From Pyrinomonadaceae bacterium (GTDB taxonomy: Bacteria > Acidobacteriota > Blastocatellia > Pyrinomonadales > Pyrinomonadaceae): a DNA stretch of 64,000 nt. Shown in pieces: positions 53,024 to 62,729 of the stretch. A model generated the notes under the pieces. The model was not told the origin of the DNA. It worked only from the letters and a program-made list of their open reading frames with translations, and searched no databases. The DNA is taken from NCBI GenBank assembly GCA_036392495.1, contig DASVXV010000163.1:2951-66950 (forward strand), in the 5' to 3' direction. Position numbers and translations under genes: made by a program. The stretch's first letter is position 1. Each line of letters opens with the position of its first letter.

Positions 53024-54727
53024 ATGAAGTTATTAACTAAATTCTGTTCACTAACATTGATTCTCAGTTTCGCGTTAACCATGAGCGCTAACCCTACGAA
53101 GAAGAAGACGGCAATTCCCGAGACCACGCTCGGGGCCAAGATTCGCCGCTTCGCGCCGACCGTGATCACGGCGGACGTGTCGCGCCTCGCGCCCTCAGAG
53201 CGGCGCGCGCTAACGTACATCATAGAGGCCGCGCGCCTTCTCGACCCGCTTTTCCTGCGCCAGGTCTGGAGCGGCAACGAAGCCCTGCGAAAGAAACTGG
53301 AGCGGGACAAGACCGCCGCAGGGCGCGAGCGGCTCCATTATTTCAAGATCAATAACGGCCCCTGGTCGCGGCTTGACGAGAATGAGCCCTTCATCGAGGG
53401 CATGCCCGCACGGAAGCCGCCGGGGGCGAATTTCTACCCGGAAGACATGACGAAGGAGGAGTTCGAGTCCTGGGTGAAGGGCCTCGCGCCGGAGGAAAGA
53501 GAGAAAGCGACGGGCTTCTTCTACACGATCCGCCGCGACGCCAGCGGCAAGCTCAAAGCAGTCCCCTACAGTGAAGAGTACAGGGAATATCTGAAGCCAG
53601 CCGCCCAGCAGTTGCAGATGGCTGCGGGAATGACCGACAACCACTCGCTGAGGGGTTTCCTGCTCAGTCGCGCCCAGGCCTTCGAGACCAACGATTACTA
53701 CGAGAGCGACGTCTACTGGATGGACCTCAATTCGCCGATTGAGGTGACCATCGGACCTTATGAAACTTACGAGGACGAACTGTTCAGCTACAAGGCTTCG
53801 TTCGAGGCTTACGTCACCTTGCGCGATGAGGCGGAGACGGCGAAGCTCGAAAAGTTCAGCCAGTACTTGCAGGAGCTGGAAGACCATCTCCCGATTGACG
53901 CGCGCTACCGCAACCCGAAACTCGGCGCGGCATCGCCCATACGGGTCGTCAATGAAGTCTTCGCTTCCGGCGAGGGCAACAGCGGCGTGCAGACGGCTGC
54001 CTACAATCTGCCGAACGACGAGCGCGTCGTCCAGGAGAAGGGCTCGAAGCGCGTCATGCTCAAAAACGTGCAGGAGGCGAAGTTCAAGCAGACTTTGATT
54101 CCCATCTCGAAAGTCGTTCTGGCCGCCGCGGACCAGCGAGACGTCTCCTTTGACGCCTTCTTCACGCACATCCTCGCGCACGAGTTGATGCACGGGCTCG
54201 GGCCGCATAACATCAACGTCAACGGCGAGGCGACCACCGTGCGCAAGCAATTGAAAGAGCTCTCCTCTGCGTTCGAGGAGGCCAAGGCGGACATCACCGG
54301 GCTGTGGGCTTTGCAGTACTTGATGGACAAAGGTGTGGTTGATAAGCGCATGGAGCGCCGGCTCTACACGACGTTTCTGGCGAGCGCGTTTCGCAGCGTC
54401 CGCTTCGGCATCACGGAAGCGCACGGGCGCGGCATCGCCCTCCAGTTCAACTACCTTGTGGACGAAGGGGCGATTAAAGTTGACGAGCGCACGGGCACGT
54501 TCCAGATAAACCAGGCCAGGATCAAGGAGGCCGTGCGAAAATTGACGCACGACATCATGACCATCCAGGCCGAAGGCTCTTACGAGAAGGCCAAAGCGAT
54601 GCTGGACAAGTACGGGGTCATCCGCGCGCCGATGCGGAGCGCCCTGGACCGTCTCGGCAACGTCCCGGTTGACATCGAGCCGATCTTTCCTCTGGCGCAG
54701 GCGGCCCCGCCTCGTGGCAGGCGATGA
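53024..54727 (+). CDS. M49-like (dipeptidyl-peptidase III-like) zinc metallopeptidase, secreted/lipoprotein
   Basis: HELMHGLGPH plus EEAKAD second motif. ATG at 53024 gives a signal peptide. Confidence 0.7.
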   Translation: MKLLTKFCSLTLILSFALTMSANPTKKKTAIPETTLGAKIRRFAPTVITADVSRLAPSERRALTYIIEAARLLDPLFLRQVWSGNEALRKKLERDKTAAGRERLHYFKINNGPWSRLDENEPFIEGMPARKPPGANFYPEDMTKEEFESWVKGLAPEEREKATGFFYTIRRDASGKLKAVPYSEEYREYLKPAAQQLQMAAGMTDNHSLRGFLLSRAQAFETNDYYESDVYWMDLNSPIEVTIGPYETYEDELFSYKASFEAYVTLRDEAETAKLEKFSQYLQELEDHLPIDARYRNPKLGAASPIRVVNEVFASGEGNSGVQTAAYNLPNDERVVQEKGSKRVMLKNVQEAKFKQTLIPISKVVLAAADQRDVSFDAFFTHILAHELMHGLGPHNINVNGEATTVRKQLKELSSAFEEAKADITGLWALQYLMDKGVVDKRMERRLYTTFLASAFRSVRFGITEAHGRGIALQFNYLVDEGAIKVDERTGTFQINQARIKEAVRKLTHDIMTIQAEGSYEKAKAMLDKYGVIRAPMRSALDRLGNVPVDIEPIFPLAQAAPPRGRR

Positions 54728-54754
54728 GGAGAACAAGCAGAAAGGGTCAGAGGA

Positions 54755-55462
54755 ATGGACGAGGAAGAAATCAAACGTGCGGCCCTGGAGGCCGTAGGCG
54801 ACCTGCAACTCGATTGCGAGATCAAGAATCTCTGCCGCTCGCCGGGCGGCGATGAGTGGTGTCTTCAGTTTTCCGGCAAGTACGGCCAGTTTTGCGACAA
54901 GTTCGAGAATCAGTTCGGGCAGGAGAGCAGCCCCGAAGTGATTCGGGAGAAGGTCAAGAGTTATCTTCTCAAACAGGTGACTAAAATCAGTAGAACAACA
55001 GGCAGAAGAAGGACAGGAGGGAACAACATGGCAGATAAACGCAGATCCGGGGGCACGACGTTAACCGCTCCCCTCAAGATGGTCGAAGAAGTGGTGGATC
55101 AGGCGACGCAAATCGCCAGCCCGGTTATTGATCAGGCTTCCGCAGTCACCAAGACAGCGCTCGATACCATGTCCAGCGCGGCGCAAAGCGTCATGCCTGC
55201 GGCGGGCGGTGCGCGCCGCAGCCGGTCCGGCGGCTCTCGAAGGACACCTTCGACGGCGTCAGTGAAGAAGTCTGTGAAGAAGACAGTGAAGAGAGCCAAA
55301 GCGGCGACGACCCGGACCGCCAAAGCCGCAAAACGCGTCACGCGTCAGGCAAGTAAACAGACGAAGAAGGCCAGTAAGACGGCACGCAAAACTACGAATC
55401 GGGCCGTGAAGGCGGTCCGAAGCGCGACCAGAAGAGGGACGAAGGGAAAGAAAAGCAGATAG
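54755..55462 (+). CDS. hypothetical protein with histone-H1-like Lys/Arg/Ala/Thr-rich C-terminal tail
   Basis: C-terminus KKSVKKTVKRAKAATTRTAKAAKRVTRQASKQTKKASKTARK.... Confidence 0.6.
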   Translation: MDEEEIKRAALEAVGDLQLDCEIKNLCRSPGGDEWCLQFSGKYGQFCDKFENQFGQESSPEVIREKVKSYLLKQVTKISRTTGRRRTGGNNMADKRRSGGTTLTAPLKMVEEVVDQATQIASPVIDQASAVTKTALDTMSSAAQSVMPAAGGARRSRSGGSRRTPSTASVKKSVKKTVKRAKAATTRTAKAAKRVTRQASKQTKKASKTARKTTNRAVKAVRSATRRGTKGKKSR

Positions 55463-55484
55463 GAAAGCGAAAGCTGTATTATTC

Positions 55485-55556
55485 AGCCCGCGTGAGCGGG
55501 CGACAGACGATCATTTGTCAGCATCTGTCGCCCGCTCACGCGGGCTTTATTGTTTT
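55485..55556 (+). terminator. REP-like 23-bp perfect hairpin plus T-tract
   Basis: agcccgcgtgagcgggcgacaga / 16-nt loop / tctgtcgcccgctcacgcgggct followed by ttattgttttt. Confidence 0.65.
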
Positions 55557-55572
55557 TAACTGTTGGTGTGAC

Positions 55573-55629
55573 CCCGTGCTCGCCTGCGGCTTCGCACGGG
55601 GCTTTAGACGGTCGCCCGCATTCGCGGGC
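55573..55629. repeat. REP-like two-hairpin unit (minus orientation)
   Basis: ccccgtgc...gcacgggg and gcccgc-attc-gcgggc. Same architecture as the units at 36594-36760. Confidence 0.8.
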
Positions 55630-55643
55630 TGAAAATTTGCTCT

Positions 55644-55802
55644 TTAGAAGTTTCCGCTGCACGCCTCATGGCCGCAGTCGCAGTCCAGCTCTATGTAATT
55701 GCCGGTCCCCTCGCACGAGGGGCCGCAATACTTGCTGTCTTTAGTCGCCGGGCAGCCGCAGGGCGGGTTCTTACAGGTTTTCTCATCCTTCTTGTCAGCC
55801 AT
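55644..55802 (-). CDS. small Cys-rich metallothionein-like protein (52 aa)
   Basis: MADKKDEKTCKNPPCGCPATKDSKYCGPSCEGTGNYIELDCDCGHEACSGNF has 10 Cys and 1 His. ATG at 55802 after GGAGGAAG. Confidence 0.65.
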   Translation of the reverse strand: MADKKDEKTCKNPPCGCPATKDSKYCGPSCEGTGNYIELDCDCGHEACSGNF

Positions 55803-55932
55803 TGAATCTTCCTCCACTCGATTTTGAATTGCCTTAGATTTGCGCAGCACCTTAGCACACACCGCGACGAGATTAGAAGTCTGAAGAAAGCTGTTGCATT
55901 AATCCCAATCATCGTCCAAGCTAAAGAGCGTC

Positions 55933-57099
55933 ATGGCTGAGACCACTACAGCGGACGTCGTCATCATCGGCGGCGGCATCATCGGATCAAGCATCGCCTA
56001 CCACTTGTCTGAAGCAGGCTGTTCGAACGTCATCGTCATCGAAGGCGAAGCGCATCAGGGCAAAGGCTCTACGGGCAAGAGCATGGGCGGCGTGCGCGCG
56101 CAGTTCGCGACCGATGTCAACATTCAGATGTCGCTCTACTCGATCAACTTCTTCGCAAGCTTCGATGAAAGGGTCGGCCACCCGGCGGAATACCGCCCGC
56201 ACGGTTATCTCTTCGTCGCCACGAGCCCGAAACATCTGGAGTACCTGAAAGCGAACCGCGAGCGTCAAAGGGCTCTGGGATTGAAGAACGTCGAGCTGGT
56301 CTCAAGAGAAGAGATTCTTGAGATGGTGCCGCAGCTATATGCCGAAGACATCCTGGGCGGCACCTTCTGCCAGACCGACGGCTTCGTGGACCCTCATAGC
56401 GTGATGATGGGGTTTATGCTGCGCGCACGCGCGTGTGGTGTGCGCCTCCTGCTCGACACGCGCGTCACGGGCATAGAGGTCGAGAGGGGTCGCGTGACGG
56501 GCGTCGTCACCTCGCGCGGGCGCATCCACACAAATGTGGTCGTGAATGCCGCGGGGGCCTGGGCCGCCGAAGTGGCGCGCATGGCCGGGGAGACCTTGCC
56601 GGTCGAACCTTTGCGGCGTCAACTGGTGCCCACGGAACCTTTCAGCGAGTTGCCGGCGCGCTTTCCCATGGTGATAGACATGTCAACGGGCTTTCACTTC
56701 CGGCGTGAGGGCTTAAGAATATTGCTGGCCTGGAACGACCCTGAAGAAACAGTCGGATTCAAGACAGATTTCGATCCTTCATTCATCGAAAAGATTCTGA
56801 CGCGCGCGGCGGCGCGCGTGCCCTGTCTCGCAGAAGCGCAGGTGAATGCGGGCCGCGCCTGGGCAGGGCTCTACGAGATGACGCCGGACCATCACGCGAT
56901 CATCGGAGAATCGCCCACTTTGCGCGGCCTCTACTTCGCCAACGGCTTCAGCGGCCACGGCGTCATGCACTCGCCAGCAACCGGACGCCTCATCTCTGAA
57001 TTAATCATGCACGGAGAAACGCGCCTTTTAGACGTCACCACTCTCGGCCTCGAAAGATTCAAGGAAGGCCGCCTGCTGGAAGAGACCGCCGTTCTATAA
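55933..57099 (+). CDS. FAD-dependent oxidoreductase (DAO family; sarcosine/glycine oxidase-like)
   Basis: [17 protein letters not shown] dinucleotide-binding motif, 388 aa. Confidence 0.85.
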   Translation: MAETTTADVVIIGGGIIGSSIAYHLSEAGCSNVIVIEGEAHQGKGSTGKSMGGVRAQFATDVNIQMSLYSINFFASFDERVGHPAEYRPHGYLFVATSPKHLEYLKANRERQRALGLKNVELVSREEILEMVPQLYAEDILGGTFCQTDGFVDPHSVMMGFMLRARACGVRLLLDTRVTGIEVERGRVTGVVTSRGRIHTNVVVNAAGAWAAEVARMAGETLPVEPLRRQLVPTEPFSELPARFPMVIDMSTGFHFRREGLRILLAWNDPEETVGFKTDFDPSFIEKILTRAAARVPCLAEAQVNAGRAWAGLYEMTPDHHAIIGESPTLRGLYFANGFSGHGVMHSPATGRLISELIMHGETRLLDVTTLGLERFKEGRLLEETAVL

Positions 57100-57233
57100 G
57101 AACTCCGCCGCACCGAATTCTACAGGGTTAAAATTCAACGTCTCGATAGCAATTCATCATGAATTATGCCTTCTGCTAGAATGCTGCTCGTCGAACACGA
57201 GCGTTGCGGCTTACCCCGCGCGAGGATCTAGAC

Positions 57234-58184
57234 GTGAAACCGCGCATCTTTCTCTTATTCGCCATCTACGCTTTTGTCATGCCGCTCTTCGCAAGCGCGC
57301 AGGACAGGCATGTCCATAGCCGGTATCGGAAAGATTCTAAGACGACCGTCATCGAAACCGACTGGATGTATGTCATCAACACCGCGCAGCAGTTCATGCA
57401 GTTCGGGTTAGTGGCCCGCCATCCAGGCGAACGCCTGGAGAAGACGCCCGAGAAGGTCAATCTGGTGCTGTGGTCGTTCTCCAGAGAGGTCATGTACCGC
57501 CAGGACAAAGGTCCGGAGCTGAATTTCGACCTCGACGGAGAGAGCCTGACCGTCAGGGCGCAAACTTATCTGGTCTTCAAGGGACAGACCAAAGACGGCC
57601 AGGACATCTTCTGGAGCGAGAAGAGGCCTGACCTGGGCCAGCCGAGTCTCCTGCCTGTAACCGCGCAGGTGAGAGACAAAGCGGGCATCAACGGTCTCTT
57701 CATGGAGCAGATCATTGTCGAACTCAACCCCGAGCAACTCCTCAAGCTCGCCGCGGCGAAAAAAGTAGAGTTGCAGTTGGGGGCGACCAAAATTCCGCTC
57801 ACGAAGGACTATCTGAATACGGTCCGCGAATTCAACAGCAGTCTGGTCCCCGGCGCGCAACCCGTAACAGCTGTTAAGGCAGAGCAACCAAGCCCAAAGG
57901 CCGGGGAACCCATTGATGTGGGCGTGGTCAACGGCAGGGCAATCAGTCTGCCCAGGCCCAATTATCCCAGTCTGGCAAAGGGAGCGGGCGCGTCCGGCAG
58001 CGTGAATGTTTTAGTGACGATAGACGAGACCGGGAAGGTGACTGCCGCCCGCGCCATCAGCGGCCATCCCCTGTTGCGTGAGGTCTCGGAAGCGGCGGCC
58101 AGAGAGGCGCGTTTCAAGCCGCCGATGATTTCGGGCAAGCCAGTGAAAGTCACAGGCATTATTGTTTACAACTTCGCGCCGTAA
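57234..58184 (+). CDS. secreted protein with C-terminal TonB-C domain
   Basis: GTG at 57234 after GAGGAT gives a signal peptide. C-terminus PNYPSLAKGAGASGSVNVLVTIDETGKV...KPVKVTGIIVYNF. Confidence 0.7.
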   Translation: MKPRIFLLFAIYAFVMPLFASAQDRHVHSRYRKDSKTTVIETDWMYVINTAQQFMQFGLVARHPGERLEKTPEKVNLVLWSFSREVMYRQDKGPELNFDLDGESLTVRAQTYLVFKGQTKDGQDIFWSEKRPDLGQPSLLPVTAQVRDKAGINGLFMEQIIVELNPEQLLKLAAAKKVELQLGATKIPLTKDYLNTVREFNSSLVPGAQPVTAVKAEQPSPKAGEPIDVGVVNGRAISLPRPNYPSLAKGAGASGSVNVLVTIDETGKVTAARAISGHPLLREVSEAAAREARFKPPMISGKPVKVTGIIVYNFAP

Positions 58185-58229
58185 ACTATCATTGCCGAGG
58201 TACGGATAAACAAATCAGGCCGCACATCA

Positions 58230-58835
58230 TTATCTGGCGCCGGAACTGACGACCAGATAGTAGCTGCACACGCCCTTGCCTGTATTGTCGAAGCGATGCG
58301 GCGCGTCCGCTTCAAAGTAGAGCGTGTCGCCTGCGTTCAGGATGTACTCCTGCCCTTCGATCACAACGCTCAGCCTGCCCTGTTCGACGACCAGATATTT
58401 TTCCGTGCCTCTCTTATACGCGGGCAATTCTCCTGAAGTCGCGCCTTTCGGGATGACGTGACGGACGAATTCCAGGTTTCTGCTCTCAAAAGCGGGCGAG
58501 AGCAGTTGACGCTCGAATCCTGTTTCCGGGTCCCGGAAAACCATGCGCCGACTCTTCCGAATTAAGATGACTGCCCGCCTTGCCTCCGCGACGCCCATCA
58601 GATCGGTCAGGCCGACGCGCAGCGCCTGGGCCACCTTCGCGGCCACAACCAGGGTCGGGTTCTTTTCCCCACGCTCAAGTTTCGAGAGCATGGCGCGGCT
58701 GACACCCGAAAGCTCCGCCAGGGCTTCGAGGGTCAGCCCACGCGCGGCGCGCAGTTCCTTGACTCTGCCCCCGACGTTGCGAGCGTGCGCCGCTTCTACC
58801 ATCGTAGAATTAATTCTTGCCTCATTCTCTCTCAT
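58230..58835 (-). CDS. XRE-family HTH regulator with C-terminal cupin domain
   Basis: LRAARGLTLEALAELSGVSRAMLSKLERGEKNP plus cupin (GDTLYFEADAPHRF). Confidence 0.85.
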   Translation of the reverse strand: MRENEARINSTMVEAAHARNVGGRVKELRAARGLTLEALAELSGVSRAMLSKLERGEKNPTLVVAAKVAQALRVGLTDLMGVAEARRAVILIRKSRRMVFRDPETGFERQLLSPAFESRNLEFVRHVIPKGATSGELPAYKRGTEKYLVVEQGRLSVVIEGQEYILNAGDTLYFEADAPHRFDNTGKGVCSYYLVVSSGAR

Positions 58836-58917
58836 ATGTTAGAACAGAGTCTACCATAATAGATTTCCGTTCGATAGCGAAAGTTAATCAACAAGATATT
58901 GAAAGGGGTCGTCCGTG

Positions 58918-60270
58918 ATGAAGAAAAACTATTTACACTCCGCTCTGCTGATCTTTTTGCTCGCTCTCTGTGCGCGGGGCGCGGAGGATTCCATAGAGGG
59001 CCACTGGCAGGGAGCGCTGGTGCGCGACGGGGCGGTGCAGGTAATCATGGTTGATTTCTTCAAAGATGCAGGGGCGCTCAAGGCCAGGATCAAGACGCCC
59101 GACCTGGTCACGGCCGAGCCGCCGCCCGTTCCCGCAGGCTTCGAGAGCGGGAAGGTCCAATTCGAGACTGCTTACGGCAAAGCCACCTTGACGCTTGACC
59201 CGGCGATGGGCGAAATGCGTGGAACCGTTGGCGAGATGACGCCTCCGGTCCTGATCCATCTGAAGCGCGCTTTCAAACCGTTCGAGATTCCGATTCTGTC
59301 TGAGGAGGTGCAGTTTCGTAACCGAGACGTAACGCTTTCCGGGACCATTGTCATGCCCGCCACGCCCGGTCCACACCCGGCGGTGGTCTGGATACACGGT
59401 CGCGGCAAGGCCGCAAGGGGCGGCTTTCGCGGCTTCGCGCGCCTGCTGGCTGAGCGCGGCATTGCGAGTCTCATCTATGACAAAAGAGGTGTGGGCAAAT
59501 CCACAGGCGATCATGATAAGTCCGGTATGTACGATTTCGCAGGTGACGCTCTGGCGGCTTTAGAGTTTCTGGCGATGCGCCCGGAGATTGACCGCAAGCA
59601 GATCGGAATACACGGCACGAGCGCTGGCGGCTGGGTGGCGGCAATCGTCGCCGGGCGCACGAAAATTCCGTTAGCTTTTATCATCACCAACGTCGGCCCG
59701 GCGGACAGCGTCAGGGACCAGCAGGTTCACGTGGCGGAATATTCGATGCGGCAATCCGGCATTAACTTCACGCCGGAGGAGTACGCCGCGGCAGCCGCGC
59801 ACATGAACCTCGTTGAGGATTTCGCCTACACGGGCAAAGGCTGGGAGGCCCTCAGCGCTTCCACTGTCAGGGCGAAACAGACGAGGTGGGGGCGCTTCGT
59901 GGACCTGCCGGAATCTGAAAATTATGAAGATATAGTCTGGGTGCGCCTCAACCAGTATGACCCTGGCCCGGACCTGAAGAAGATCACCGTTCCCTTCCTG
60001 GCTCTCTACGGCGGGAGTGATTATGTCGTCCCGCCCGAGGAGAATGTCAAGAAGCTCGAACGCTATCTGACCGAAGCGGGCAACCGTGATTTTAAGATAG
60101 TGGTCTTTGAGGGCGCAGATCATGGCCTCACAATCCAGAGTCAATTGAGACGTATGGGAGGCGAGCGGGCTGACCAGTATTACTGGCTGTGGAGGAAGCG
60201 CGCCCCGGGCGCAGTCGAGACAACGATTGATTGGCTGCTTCGACATGTTAACGTGAAACGCGCCTCATGA
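58918..60270 (+). CDS. secreted alpha/beta hydrolase (S9/dienelactone-hydrolase-like)
   Basis: Signal peptide, GIHGTSAGGW nucleophile elbow, C-terminal GADHGL. Confidence 0.78.
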   Translation: MKKNYLHSALLIFLLALCARGAEDSIEGHWQGALVRDGAVQVIMVDFFKDAGALKARIKTPDLVTAEPPPVPAGFESGKVQFETAYGKATLTLDPAMGEMRGTVGEMTPPVLIHLKRAFKPFEIPILSEEVQFRNRDVTLSGTIVMPATPGPHPAVVWIHGRGKAARGGFRGFARLLAERGIASLIYDKRGVGKSTGDHDKSGMYDFAGDALAALEFLAMRPEIDRKQIGIHGTSAGGWVAAIVAGRTKIPLAFIITNVGPADSVRDQQVHVAEYSMRQSGINFTPEEYAAAAAHMNLVEDFAYTGKGWEALSASTVRAKQTRWGRFVDLPESENYEDIVWVRLNQYDPGPDLKKITVPFLALYGGSDYVVPPEENVKKLERYLTEAGNRDFKIVVFEGADHGLTIQSQLRRMGGERADQYYWLWRKRAPGAVETTIDWLLRHVNVKRAS

Positions 60271-60420
60271 TGAGCCGGCTTCGCCCGGGCACGTGCGAGC
60301 AGATTGCTCATCGCATGACTATATCCTGCCGCCCGATTAAGGGCTAAGAGATTCTGGAACTCAGCGTCGCCTGAGGCGTCTTTCTAACGCCAGTATCTTT
60401 TTTCGAAAAGGGGTAAATAA

Positions 60421-60637
60421 CCCAAGTTGCCAGTTATCAATTGCCACTAGCTTCAGCTAGTGGTTCAGGGTGCTCTAGTTCTTTCGGCTTGAGCCGAACT
60501 GTGAGGCTCAAGCCGAAAGGAACTGGATGTTATGTGTCATTCGGCTCAAGCCGATCCTTTTCAACCATCTGTGTCCACTAGCTGAAGCTAGTGGCAATTG
60601 AAATGATTTCCAAACAGCTATAACTGGCAACTTGGGT
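60421..60637. mobile_element. MITE-like nested palindromic element with 45-bp terminal inverted repeats and 7-bp direct-repeat flanks
   Basis: TIRs are perfect 19 + 26 bp (aacccaagttgccagttat + caattgccactagcttcagctagtgg) against 60575-60638. TAAATAA occurs at 60414-60420 and 60638-60644. The interior carries three copies of tcggc-ttga/tcaa-gccga. Confidence 0.5.
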
Positions 60638-60645
60638 TAAATAAG

Positions 60646-60909
60646 ATGAAGAGATCTCTCTTGATTCTCTGTCTCATCGCTCTCGTGTCTCTGATCGGGT
60701 GGACAAGCTACGGGCAGAAACAGAAATCTTCCAGAACCTCCTGGGAATATTTAGTCGGACTGGAAGGGGGTGGGGCTAATAATCAGATAAACTTACGCGC
60801 GCTAGGAGCGGAGGGCTGGGAACTGACCGCTATAACGACAGAGGACGAGATCATCAATGGCGATCAACATATTCCTCTCAAGACCTACTACTTCAAGAGA
60901 CCGAAGTAG
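60646..60909 (+). CDS. small secreted DUF4177-like protein
   Basis: Signal peptide, then SWEYL...LRALGAEGWELTAI. Confidence 0.6.
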   Translation: MKRSLLILCLIALVSLIGWTSYGQKQKSSRTSWEYLVGLEGGGANNQINLRALGAEGWELTAITTEDEIINGDQHIPLKTYYFKRPK

Positions 60910-61079
60910 AAAGGGCGTAAACTCTCGCATGGGACCCTGGCGGTGGGAGCGACAAAAAGGGTCCTGCCGCCACGTATCAGCGTGTCCTAAACAAAGTTGC
61001 CGGGTCAATTCAAATCGCGCATAATGCGAGGTGCGCCGTAGGTTTTAAGCACCCTCTCTAAAATCAGAGGAGGATTTGA

Positions 61080-61253
61080 ATGCCAACAGAGACCCCACCG
61101 CCCTATTTCCCGCAGAACCAGCTCTCGCCCCCGGATGAGAGCCGGGCCAGAAAAACCAAGCTCGCGCTCCTCGGATGCCTCGTCCTGCTGCTGCTCTTCC
61201 TGGGCGGCACGGTTCTGGGGGTGTATTACCTGATTCGCTGGCTCTTCTTTTAA
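61080..61253 (+). CDS. small Pro-rich single-TM protein (57 aa), below the ORF-track size cut-off
   Basis: ATG 6 nt after GAGGAGG. MPTETPPPYFPQNQLSPPDESRARKTKLALLGCLVLLLLFLGGTVLGVYYLIRWLFF. Confidence 0.5.
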   Translation: MPTETPPPYFPQNQLSPPDESRARKTKLALLGCLVLLLLFLGGTVLGVYYLIRWLFF

Positions 61254-61304
61254 CGAAGCGGTCCTCCGCCCTGGCCTGGACCGGAGGCAGCTCAAGCACA
61301 ACCT

Positions 61305-61790
61305 TCACTCTGCGTCCTTCGTCGTCTCCAGCAGTCGCTTCATCGTGACGAGCACGCCCAGATGATAGGCGTTGTGGTCCGCGACGAGCAGCGCCTCGCG
61401 CAACACGGTCTGCCCGTCGCCGTGCGGGATTCGCGCGTAGAGGTCGGTCGCCGGGTCCATTACCAAAGCAATCATCTCTTTGAGGTCCCGGCGAAAAGCT
61501 TCGACGGTCTCATTCCAACCGGCAGCGTCCGGCGCAACGTCCTGAGCGGGCCAATAGCCCTCAGGCCACTTCGGCGAGACGTGACTGGCGTTGCGGCTGA
61601 ATTCGAGTATGTCCCACTGCGCGATCCTCATGTGTTCGACGACGGCCCACGCCGTATAAGGAAGGTTTTCAACCTTTTGATTGACAGCCTCAATGGGAAA
61701 GTCCTTGACGACCGACTCGAAATCTATATGCGCGCCGCCCCCGTCGAGCAAATAGAGTAGCTGCTCACGAAGCGCCTTGTCCTGATCCAT
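61305..61790 (-). CDS. DinB family protein
   Basis: Four-helix DinB_2-like protein with His triad candidates (EHMRIAQWD, DHNAYHLG). Confidence 0.78.
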   Translation of the reverse strand: MDQDKALREQLLYLLDGGGAHIDFESVVKDFPIEAVNQKVENLPYTAWAVVEHMRIAQWDILEFSRNASHVSPKWPEGYWPAQDVAPDAAGWNETVEAFRRDLKEMIALVMDPATDLYARIPHGDGQTVLREALLVADHNAYHLGVLVTMKRLLETTKDAE

Positions 61791-61822
61791 CTTTTCTCCT
61801 TCCCGGTTAGTAAATCAAGAGA

Positions 61823-61899
61823 TGCTAGCCACAGATAAGCGCAGATAAACGCAAATCCAATCATTTCTAATCTGCTTCCATCCGCGTTCATCTGTGGCT
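61823..61899. repeat. imperfect heptad-type hairpin
   Basis: ctagccacagataagcgcagataaacgc ... gcttccatccgcgttcatctgtggctaag (about 22 of 29 paired). Confidence 0.6.
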
Positions 61900-61976
61900 A
61901 AGATTTCCATTCTAACACTCAAGAGTTGTACTCTCTCAATTTCAAATTCCGGAACTAACGTGGGGAGATGACTGTG

Positions 61977-62696
61977 ATGTCAGGAAAAAGATTGCTGCTG
62001 TTGAGCAGCTCGATGGTTCAGGGCGCGGGCTATCTGGAATACTACAAGGGCGCGATTGAAGATTTTCTCGGCGTGGGGGTGAAGCGAGTTCTTTTCGTTC
62101 CCTTCGCGGTCGTTACTACAACGTTTGACGAATACGCAAGCAAGGTCCGAGAGGCGTTTGGGACGATGGGCTACGAGCTTGATTCCGTTCACGAGGCCGT
62201 GGATGCGAACGCCGCCGTCCGCCTCGCGGAGGCTGTGGTCGTCGGGGGCGGCAACACCTTTCACCTGCTGCGCGGCCTTTACGAGACGGGATTGATTGAG
62301 AGCATCCGGGAGAGTGTGATGAGAGGCGTGCCCTATGTCGGCTGGAGCGCCGGATCGAACGTCGCTTGCCCGACCATCAGGACGACGAACGACATGCCCA
62401 TCGTCGAGCCGCAGAGCTTTAACGCCCTGAACCTGGTCCCGTTTCAGATCAACCCGCACTACATGGACGAGCTGCCCGCGGGACATCAGGGCGAGACCAG
62501 AGCGCAGCGCATCGCGGAATTTACGAAAGCCAATCCGAATGTTTATGTCGTCGGGCTGAGGGAAGGCAGCACGCTGAGGATTGAAGATTCACGGATTCGT
62601 CTCATCGGGGAAAAGGAGGCGCGCGTCTTCCGGAGCGGCGAAGAGCCCGTGGAGTACAAGCCGGAGGATTCTCTCGAATTTCTTTTTCGGACCTGA
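61977..62696 (+). CDS. pepE: dipeptidase E (peptidase S51)
   Basis: VGGGNTFHLL, GWSAGSNV (Ser nucleophile), INPHY motifs. Confidence 0.85.
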   Translation: MSGKRLLLLSSSMVQGAGYLEYYKGAIEDFLGVGVKRVLFVPFAVVTTTFDEYASKVREAFGTMGYELDSVHEAVDANAAVRLAEAVVVGGGNTFHLLRGLYETGLIESIRESVMRGVPYVGWSAGSNVACPTIRTTNDMPIVEPQSFNALNLVPFQINPHYMDELPAGHQGETRAQRIAEFTKANPNVYVVGLREGSTLRIEDSRIRLIGEKEARVFRSGEEPVEYKPEDSLEFLFRT

Positions 62697-62729
62697 AATC
62701 AATCTTGAAGCATCCTCCACACGTCCGCG

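Noticed and set aside
53210-54808. 532-aa minus-strand ORF, and similar long antisense ORFs (24866..25792, 35740..36387, 44645..45346, 45282..46016, 30299..30937, 20670..21446, 602..1348)
   Set aside because: Each lies antisense to a gene with clear family motifs. They have Arg/Ala/Gly/Val-biased low-complexity composition and no RBS or recognisable domains, which is typical of GC-rich shadow ORFs.
61005-61308. Minus-strand ORFs of 98 and 87 aa
   Set aside because: They are Arg/Gly/Pro-rich with no RBS. The opposite strand has a better small ORF (61080..61253) with a strong SD.
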